The notes beneath the pieces are model-generated. The model ran no database searches. It was not told the origin of the DNA and saw only the letters and a list, made by a program, of their open reading frames with translations. From positions 297,330 to 361,329 of the forward strand of contig NIVC01000263.1 of assembly GCA_002269645.1 (NCBI GenBank): 64,000 bases of DNA, read 5' to 3'. Of this stretch, positions 54,060-64,000 are shown in pieces. How positions within the stretch are numbered: the stretch's first letter is position 1; the number at the start of each line of letters is the position of its first letter. Source of the DNA: Macrostomum lignano. Lineage: Eukaryota. The translations under genes were made by a program, and so were the position numbers.

Positions 54060-54911
54060 AGTCACATCTGTAGCAAGTGTAGCATTTCAGTGACATCTGT
54101 AGCAAGTGTAGCATTGCAGTGACATCTGTAGCAAGTGTAGCATTGCAGTGACATCTGTAGCAAGTGTAGCATTGCAGTGACATCTGTAGCAAGTGTAGCA
54201 TTGCAGTGACATCTGTAGCATTGCAGTGACATCTGTAGCAAGTGTAGCATTGCAGTGACATCTGTAGCAAGTGTAGCATTGCAGTGACATCTGTAGCATT
54301 GCAGTGACATCTGTAGCAAGTGTAGCATTGCAGTGACATCTGTAGCAAGTGTAGCATTGCAGTGACATCTGTAGCAAGTGTAGCATTGCAGTGACATCTG
54401 TAGCATTGCAGTGACATCTGTAGCATTGCAGTGACATCTGTAGCATTGCAGTGACATCTGTAGCATTGCAGTGACATCTGTAGCATTGCAGTGACATCTG
54501 TAGCAAGTGTAGCATTGCAGTGACATCTGTAGCATTGCAGTGACATCTGTAGCATTGCAGTGACATCTGTAGCAAGTGTAGCATTGCAGTGACATCTGTA
54601 GCATTGCAGTGACATCTGTAGCATTGCAGTGACATCTGTAGCAAGTGTAGCATTGCAGTGACATCTGTAGCATTGCAGTGACATCTGTAGCATTGCAGTG
54701 ACATCTGTAGCATTGCAGTGACATCTGTAGCATTGCAGTGACATCTGTAGCATTGCAGTGACATCTGTAGCATTGCAGTGACATCTGTAGCATTGCAGTG
54801 ACATCTGTAGCATTGCAGTGACATCTGTAGCATTGCAGTGACATCTGTAGCATTGCAGTGACATCTGTAGCATTGCAGTGACATCTGTAGCATTGCAGTG
54901 ACATCTGTAGC
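54060..54911. repeat. 20/29-bp minisatellite GACATCTGTAGCA(AGTGTAGCA)TTGCAGT
   Basis: Two interleaved unit lengths. Confidence 0.92.
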
Positions 54912-55276
54912 TCTAAGAAACGTTGACCACTGGCTACGGGTCAAGGTAGCGGAGATCCAGGGAGCCTTCTTCCCGTCCCGCGCTCACAACACATTCGTAG
55001 TGTGGAATCACAGAGAAGACATCTGTCACGCGGATGGTCAGCAGGTCTAGTCTCAGCATTCTTATCGAAAAAGATACCCAAAATTACGTTGAGCTGTACG
55101 TAATTTATTGCACATTTGGCTAAAGCGAGTTTAACGACCTAAATAATAACTCTCTCTCTTCTACTAATAAGCTATGAACAGCATCAATGCTGAAAGCATC
55201 AGGCATGTCTAGATGCTGGTGGGGATACTTTTTCATCTAGTGAATAGTAATTTATCCGTCCATCATCCATTGGCCT

Positions 55277-57218
55277 TCAGTCCTTCAGCCACCGAGTCCA
55301 CTGGAGGGGATTCAGCACCTTCGAAGTGGTGGCAGCGGTGGGATCGCCTGTCAGAGCCTCTTCGCCACCAATCAGCTGGTCCAGGTCGTTAGAGCTGTGC
55401 ATTACATAGACTGGGGAAATGTGAAACAGTTTGTAACGTACGATAAGAAGACAAGTTATCATTGTTATAGCAGCATCTCATGCAACAGCCATCTGCTTAC
55501 ACTCTCTGCTATTTCCAATAACAGTTTCGAAAGCGCCCTTCACATCAGGTCCCTGCTGTTGCAGCTGTTGAACCGATTTAAGAAATCGTTTCCTAGCGTC
55601 CTCCTGTGCCAGTCCTTGATAGTTGACTGCGAGCACTTTGTAGAAATCTGCAGTCAGTTCGGGTGGCATTTCGTCGGTTAACAATGCATTTTATATATAA
55701 ATTTAAAAGTTATTGCGCAGCGCATCTGAAGGCTGCGTACAGCTGTTCAGTCCAAGGACTGGGGGGGGGGTCGCCACGCACCCTCAATTACCCCAGCTAA
55801 TGTTGGCACCCATTTTACAGCTGGGTGAACTGAAGCAATGCAGAGTTGAGTGTCTTGCTCAAGGACACAAATTGTTCCTAGTGGGTCGAGATTCGAACCC
55901 CTGACCTTCAAGTCGTGAGTCCGACACTCTAACCACTAGGCTGCAACCCCCTCACTTGGCAACAACCCCTTCACTAGCTAAAACCCCCTCACTAGGCTAA
56001 ATATAAAAAATGATATAAACAAATCAGAACACACCTTGATCGTTCCACACGGACTTTATGTCACCTAGCAACGACTTGGCAACGCAGTTGTCTTGCTTTT
56101 CGAAAGCCGGCAACGCGAGCTTAAGAAATTTGTTGTTCCAATCTTGGTCGAGTGTCAGGGCGTCTCGAATAGCCTTTCTCGCCGTCAGGGAATCTGAAAC
56201 GATTTCATTCAGTGAAACTCGACGCAGGGATTTGCGTTTTGCTGCTTCGAAAAAAAATGAATTTTGAATCAAAGACCGATAAACAGAAATATGAGAAATT
56301 CAAAAACGCATTAAAGAAAAGAGACAGTAAATGGACCCAAAATTAGTTGAAGGTGCTCAGCTTGCTATAGCAAAAATTTCCTAACAGAATCAACCCCCTC
56401 CTGCAGTGGGTCATTGTGGAGACGCGGTTGCTTTGATCAAGCGGCCACAATGAAGCCCCATGCCGATTTTCGAGCTCAAACGTCAAATTTATTTGACCGC
56501 GTACGAAATCGAACCCCAGGTACTTTGGAAAAACTGCTTCCAAAGTTTTCATATCAAGCTTTGCAACTTTCACAAGCATTGCGAAGTTTGTTTAGAATCG
56601 CTAAGATAGCTCGTATCAAGGCTCATGGAGGGTTATTGATGGAATTCTGTGACACAGGGGAAAGTACTGAGATGTCAAGGTTTATTTGAAACTTGCTGGG
56701 ATTGTCATGGCTCACGGGGGGGGGGGGTTGCTGAGATGCGAAGGGTCAATTGGGAGTTGTTGGTAGGTCAAGCATCAAAAGGGAGAGTTATTGGTAAAAC
56801 ATGGCTTAAAGGGAGGCTTTGATGTCAAGGATCATAGAGAATCTGATAGGCTTAGATAGCTGGCTTTCAGGGCTGATGCTTTTATGCTTTTAACATCATT
56901 TTTCTTGAGAAACTAACAACAGATTGTACTTTTATTTTATTCAAAATATTTTATTCCTTTCTTTTTTGCCTCCCCGTTTGGGGGGCGCAGATGGCTAGTC
57001 GACTATACTAAAAATGAGAGCTCCTCACCGTACTCCCAGATGTGAAACACTTGGTTCAGAGAGCCCAGCTCGGCAGACCAGTAGCCAACGATGCGCGAGT
57101 GTCGGACGCGAACTCGGAACACCTCCTGGACCAGACTGCGCATCCTCGGCAGATCCTGAGCAGCGATCCGGTACGTGCGCAGCTCGTACAGCTTCCCGAT
57201 GCTGCCTGTGAGCTTCAT
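55277..57218 (-). CDS. NIPSNAP: NIPSNAP-family protein (NIPSNAP3-like), 4 coding exons, possibly missing a 5' transit-peptide exon
   Basis: Exons (minus strand) 57218-57029, 56193-56035, 55647-55501 and 55410-55277 are phase-consistent and total 630 nt. Motifs: KLYELRTYRI, IVGYWSAELGSLNQVFHIWEYDSLTARKAIRDAL..DQDWNNKFL; the second repeat is divergent (VKGAFETVIG). Confidence 0.82.
55715..55948 (-). mobile_element. tRNA-derived SINE with a CORE/Meta-like central domain, in a NIPSNAP intron
   Basis: Minus strand: A-box-like GCAGCCTAGTGGTTAGAG, B-box GGGTTCGAATCTCG (55887-55900), then GTGTCCTTGAGCAAGACACTCAACTC...CCCAGCTGTAAAATGGG, resembling the conserved SINE central domain. Confidence 0.7.
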
Positions 57219-58432
57219 CGCTAAATGATTTTTCAGCAAAACAAACTGCTGTCAAGTAAAGCATTTCTCGCTTCTATTAGCCTAATAAACAGTAATGCGC
57301 AGAAAGAGTGACTTGGCATGCAGGCCAACTGCTTGTTTGCCTGGCCAGCCACAGTGCTACAGCCCTTGGAGCGCTGCTAAGACAGATAAGACCGAATAAA
57401 TCGCCGGAAATCAGAACGAGCTGCATGCTATAGTGGATAGTAGTAGTTCAAGTGTGTGACAGCACTGCCAGGGCGATCTAGATTTAGAATCTGGGTTGGC
57501 GTTAGACAGGCAGTGGCTCTGGCCTACGAGCTCGAATTTTACATTTTCTGGATTTGTCCCAAGTCAAAGCTGCTGCAGACTTGGCGATCAACTGCAATCA
57601 GACTCACAAATGACAAATTGACAATGGAAAACACGTCGAATTGAAGCTTTAAAACTATTCCCGTCCAGATGCTTATATCCAAGGTGTCCCCGGCCAGACC
57701 GGCCCTCGGAGCCTTCAAGCTGCCCGTGTTCAGAGATATGGTTTAGCGAGCGCTTATCAGGGCTGTTTGGTGTGCCATGGGCTTTTTCAACTATCAACCG
57801 CTCAGTCGGGACACAAACAGTACGGTTAGTGACAGAAATTGCTCTGCAGATTCAACCCAAGCACTACCTTTAAAATAAAAGCTTTAAAAAATACAACTAA
57901 AGCTAGCTGAGTCTGGCCTTAGATCAGCATTGCTCCCGCCAGTTGCATTGAAATATGATGGAGCAGGAAAATTAGGCAGCTGGAGAAAATATTGGAGTGA
58001 CTATGAATGAGTGACGAAAAGCAGTCAGCCATCCATTTCAGTGCTTTCACCTGGGGGAGGCTGAATTCGCTGACAAAAAGCAGGCAGGAGTGACGACCAG
58101 AATGGATTGCGGGACCTGATCATGCCAGACTCGCGCCATTCTTCATCTCTTCTATCTCTCCCCTTGCGTTTCCCAAAAAGCTCCCCTCCAATCCAATCCG
58201 CGCCCTGCACCGCTGCAGCAGCCTCCACCCCCCTACTTACTCAGTGGCGCGCATTTTAAACAGCTGAGGAGGCAGCTCCGCCTCCCGTCCCATCCGCCGC
58301 CTTCTCCCCATACACTCGGCTCTCGCCGCTCCGCTCTCCCATAGCTATCTCTAAATCCTAAACAGCAACAAACCAAGCCCGTCCTTTGTTTGGAGAAGCC
58401 AACGCAACGTTTTACTACGGCGGAAGTGTGTC

Positions 58433-61400
58433 ATGGCGCAGCAGCAGCAGCAGCCGCCGCCTCTGTATCAGCAGCAGCAGCAGCATCAGGTTAGCAACCA
58501 GATGCAAGAAGGTGCCAAGTGTCTGCGATGGGAAGAGGTGAGCAGATTGTCATTAATTTAGCAGCAAAATCAAATCACGAGATTCTCTGTAAATGCAATC
58601 TAATATAAACTGTTTGGTTCGACTACGATTGCGCTTCACTCGTTTAAAAATACTCTGGTTCGAGAAATGAAATCAGCCAGATCTGACAGACCAATTAGTC
58701 TGACGCAGTGGCCATTGCATTTTTTGTGTCTAAATCCTGGAGTAGCTGGGGTGCCTGGGGTGGCTGGGGTGGCTCGGGTGGCTGGGGTGGCTCGGGTGGC
58801 TGGAGTGGCTGGAGTGGCTCGGGTGGCTGGGGTGCCTGGGGTGCCTGGGGTGCCTGGGGTGCCTGGGGTGGCTCGGGTGGCTGGAGTGGCTGGAGTGGCT
58901 CGGGTGGCTGGGGTGGCTGGGGTGGCTGGGGTGGCTGGGGTGGCTGGGGTGGCTGGGGTGGCTGGGGTGGCTGGGGTGGCTGGGGTGGCTGGGGTGGCTG
59001 GGTTGGCTGGGGTGCCTGGGTGGCTAGGGTGGCTTGAGTGGCTGGGGTGGCTGGGGTGGCTGGGTGGCTGGGTGGCTGGGGTGCCTGGGGTGCCTGGGTG
59101 CCTGGGGTGGCTCGGGTAGCTGGAGTGGCTGGAGTGGCTCGGGTGGCTGGGGTGGCTGGGTGGCTGGGGTGGCTGGGGTGGCTGGGGTGGCTGGGGTGGC
59201 TGGGGTGGCTGGGTGGCTGGGTGGCTGGGGTGGCTGGGGTGGCTGGAGTGGCTGGGGTGGCTGGAGTGGCTGGAGTGGCTCAGGTGGCTGGGGTGGCTGG
59301 AGTGGCTCGAGTGGCTCGGGTGGCTGGAGTGGCTGGAGTGGCTCGGGTGGCTGGAGTGGCTGGAGTGGCTCGGGTGGCTGGAGTGGCTGGAGTGGCTCGG
59401 GTGGCTGGAGTGGCTGGAGTGGCTCGGGTGGCTGGGGTGGCTGGGTGGCTGGGGTGGCTGGGGTGGCTGGGGTGGCTGGGTGGCTGGGTGGCTGGGGTGG
59501 CTGGGGTGGCTGGAGTGGCTGGGGTGGCTGGAGTGGCTGGAGTGGCTCGGGTGGCTCGGGTGGCTGGGGTGGCTGGGTGGCTGGGGTGGCTGGGGTGGCT
59601 GGGAAGGCTGGGTGGCTGGGAAGGCTGGGGTGGCTGGGTGGCTGGGGTGGCTGGGTGGCTGGGGTGGCTGGGGTGGCTGGGAAGGCTGGGGTGGCTGGGA
59701 AGGCTGGGGTGGGTTGGTGAGATGTCTGGCATGACTAAAATACTAAAAACTGAAATCAATCCCACCAGCGAGTGGATAAATGTCATTGCAAACAGAAATT
59801 ATAAAATTTCTCAAATTGCCCTAACTTAGGTTTGGATTAGAGCAGGTACTGATGACTCATACTTGATCACAGACTTGTCGTAACGTGCAACTAAAACACG
59901 TTTCTTCTTGAACGGGTTGTTGTTCCTTGCCTTTGCTCATCTCAATTCTCAAACTGACATGCCCGAATCGCCAGCCCTGGAGCGCGTGCGCTCTCCCTCT
60001 CTCACTGCTTATTGAATGATTGATGCGCGAACTGCTGTTGCGCGGATTCGAACTCCAACGTCAGTCCCTAGGGCGTTAGCTGCATTAGCTATTCAAGACA
60101 TCACAGCTCTCTTCCTCATTCACGTCCCAGCTGCAGTGGTTCAGCGATTGAAATTCTGGAATCACGTTTATTTATCCTTCATCCTTGTTCATGCGCAGGA
60201 TTCCACCGTGCCCAGGGCCGTGACGCTGAAGGTTGACGCCAGGGCCCACCTGCTGTTCTGGCAGGAGCTCAACGGGGTGAGTGTTCTGCGAGTCATGAGT
60301 CATAAAGTATGAGGCATCAAAAATTGAGGTATCCATATGCAACGTATATATCATGAGTCATCCATCAGTCACTAATATTAATTCATCTTTGACTCATACT
60401 CTCTGACACTGACTCATACTCTCGGACACTGACTCATCCTGACTCATGCTCTGACACTGACTCATACTCTCGGACACTGACTCATCCTGACTCATGCTCT
60501 GACACTGACTCATACTCTCTGACACTGACTCATACTCTCGGACACTGACTCATACTCTCGGACACTGACTCATACTCTCGGACACTGACTCATACTCTCG
60601 GACACTGACTCATACTCTCGGACACTGACTCACCCTGACTCATGCTCTCACACTGACTCATACTCTCTTACACTGACTCATACTCTCGGACACTGGCTCA
60701 TACTCTCGGACACTGACTCATACTCTTTCACACTGACTCATACTCTCTCACACTCATACTCTCGGACACTGACTCATACTCTCTCACACTGACTCATACT
60801 CTCTGACACTGACTCATACTCTTTCACACTGACTCATACTCTCTCACACTCATACTCTCGGACACTGACTCATACTCTCTCACACTGACTCATACTCTCT
60901 GACACTGACTCATACTCTCTCACACTGACTCATACTCTCGGACACTGACTCACCCTGACTCATGCTCTCACACTGACTCATACTCTCTTACACTGACTCT
61001 TACTCTCGACACTGACTCATACTCTCGGACACTGACTCATACTCTCTGACACTGACTCATACTCTCGGACACTGGCTCATACTCTCGGACACTGACTCAT
61101 ACTCTTTCACACTGACTCATACTCTCTCACACTCATACTCTCGGACACTGACTCATACTCTCTCACACTGACTCATACTCTCTGACACTGACTCATACTC
61201 TTTCACACTGACTCATACTCTCTCACACTTATACTCTCGGACACTGACTCATACTCTCTCACACTGACTCATACTCTCTCACACTCATACTCTCGGACAC
61301 TGACTCATACTCTCTCACACTGACTCATACTCTCGACACTGACTCATACTCTCTCACACTGACTCATACTCTTTCACACTGACTCATACTCTCGGACACT

Positions 61401-63529
61401 GACTCATACTCTCGGACACTGACTCATACTCTCTGACACTGACTCATACTCTCTTACACTGACTCATACTCTCGGACACTGACTCATACTCTCGGACACT
61501 GACTCATACTCTCTGACACTGACTCATACTCTCTTACACTGATTCATACTCTCTGACACTGACTCATACTCTCTGACACTGACTCACACTCTCTTACACT
61601 GACTCATACTCTCTCACACTGACTCATACTCTCGGACACTGACTCATACTCTTTCACACTGACTCATACTCTCTCACACTGACTCATACTCTCTGACACT
61701 GACTCATACTCTCTCACACTGACTCATACTCTCGGACACTGACTCATACTCTCGGACACTGACTCATACTCTCTGACACTGACTCATACTCTCTGACACT
61801 GACTCACACTCTCTTACACTGACTCATACTCTCTCACACTGACTCATACTCTCTGACACTGACTCATACTCTCTCACACTGACTCTTACTCTCGGACACT
61901 GACTCATACTCTCTCACACTGGCTCATACTCTCTCACACTGACTCATACTCTCGGACACTGACTCATACTCTCTCACACTGACTCATACTCTCTCACACT
62001 GACTCATACTCTCGGACACTGACTCATACTCTCTCACACTGACTCATACTCTCTCACACTGACTCATACTCTCTCACACTGACTCATACTCTCGGACACT
62101 GACTCATACTCTCGGACACTGACTCATACTCTCGGACACTGACTCATACTCTCTCACACTGGCTCATACTCTCTCACACTGACTCATACTCTCGGACACT
62201 GACTCATACTCTCGACACTGACTCATACTCTCTCACACTGACTCATACTCTCGGACACTGACTCATACTCTCTCACACTGACTCATACTCTCTCACACTG
62301 ACTCATACTCTCTCACACTGACTCATACTCTCGGACACTGACTCATACTCTCGGACACTGGCTCATACCCTCTTACACTGGCTCATACCTCTCACACTGA
62401 CTCATACTCTCGGACACTGACTCATACTCTCTCACACTGACTCATACTCTCTCACACTGACTCATACTCTCTCACACTGACTCATACTCTCGGACACTGA
62501 CTCATACTCTCGGACACTGACTCATACCCTCTTACACTGGCTCATACCCTCTAACATTTCCTCAAAATTCAAAAGTAATAAAAATGTCGAGTCATTCAAG
62601 AGCCAAAAAAGCATTATTAAACTGACAGTCATAAATTATGAGTCACAGAGGGCTAGAGTTAACTGGCAACTAAGACCATCACTGCAGGACACAGATTACA
62701 TGGAGATCTCCCGAATCAGAGACACACGAGTCGGCAGGTTCGCCAGAGCACCAAGGGTGAGTGAGCAGACTCATTAAACATCTGTTAAAATGAATTCCCA
62801 GCGCAGTTCTCAGAATTAATCAAAGCATTAATAAAGTCTGCATTGCTCTTTCTGCTTACAACAAGCCCGAACCCCCTTTGTTAATCGTTAAACAAACAAG
62901 CCATCGCGGCTTTCGTGCCGCTTTGTTGAAGCATTCAAGAAACGCATCAAAAGAGGCTGCATTGCATTCAGTCTGCTGCAAAATTATCTATCTGATGAAG
63001 AGGCTCCGAGGAGAGATGAGGTACTGAGGAAAAAAGGAAGTTGCCATCCCTCTTGCCCGAAGTGCAGCAGAGCAAATTAGCATTTCTGTGCCCATGCGAG
63101 TGTGAATGCGCGATGAGGCACAGCAGCTGCCACAGTGTGGGGAAGACAGGCCTGCCCTTGAATTTCAAGGGTTGGGAGAGGGCTGGATAGATGAAGAGGA
63201 AGCTGGACCGAGGCACCTGCGTCACACAAAACGAGTTTTTGCAAGCTTTCGGAATGATGGGGGGCCGACAATGGCCATCTAGAGCCATCTGTGACAACAT
63301 GCATGGATACAAGCCAAGGAGATCTTCTTTCACATGCAGAATTTTATCTTTGCTATCGAGAATTCGCTTGATAATGTTGCAGGAGCCGAAGCTGAGGGAA
63401 TTCTGCACCCAGTTCGGGTCCACAGTGGACAATCCGCTAGAGGACAGGTGCTTCTCCGTGGTCTGGGGTCACGACCTGGTCAGCCCGCAGTGGATCAACT
63501 TTGTGGCTCTGAATAGGGAGACTGCTCAG
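58433..63529 (+). CDS. PLCB: Phospholipase C-beta, 5' part (PH domain; exons 1-4), continues beyond the window
   Basis: Exons 58433-58537, 60199-60276, 62688-62756 and 63383-63529, all phase 0: ...[12 protein letters not shown]|[26 protein letters not shown]|[23 protein letters not shown]|EPKLREF...[31 protein letters not shown], matching the PLC-beta N-terminal PH domain. Confidence 0.87.
58738..59712. repeat. 9-bp G-rich repeat GGGTGGCTG (intron 1 of PLC-beta)
   Basis: Direct reading. Confidence 0.92.
60385..62550. repeat. 20-bp minisatellite GACTCATACTCTCGGACACT (intron 2 of PLC-beta)
   Basis: About 105 copies; most contain TGACTCA across the unit junction. Confidence 0.94.

Positions 63530-64000
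<471 letters not shown>

Noticed and set aside
62968-63432. 154-aa minus-strand ORF overlapping PLC-beta exon 4
   Set aside because: No family motif; antisense to a well-supported exon.

Overview
Eukaryotic (animal) genomic DNA with GT-AG introns and very dense micro/minisatellites. This style suggests a free-living flatworm such as Macrostomum (inference only). Almost all long ORFs in the supplied track are repeat artefacts. Genes reconstructed by hand: (1) an SLC4A11-like anion/borate transporter on +, with 16 shared exons (25933-42431) and three candidate alternative upstream exons (~7.9, 17.1 and 25.0 kb); (2) a frameshifted C-type lectin-like gene on -; (3) an intronless LRAT/PLAAT (NlpC/P60) acyltransferase with an N-myristoylation motif on -; (4) an AIG1/GIMAP GTPase fused to a complete Hedgehog-type Hint + sterol-recognition-like (Hog) autoprocessing module on +, which is the standout feature; (5) a 4-exon NIPSNAP gene on -; (6) the first four exons of a phospholipase C-beta on +. 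Mobile DNA: two related hAT/Charlie-like MITEs (one has amplified an internal 37-bp segment into a minisatellite), a foldback MITE with a telomere-repeat core, and a tRNA-derived SINE. Splice junctions were read by eye and checked for phase consistency. Repeat boundaries are approximate.
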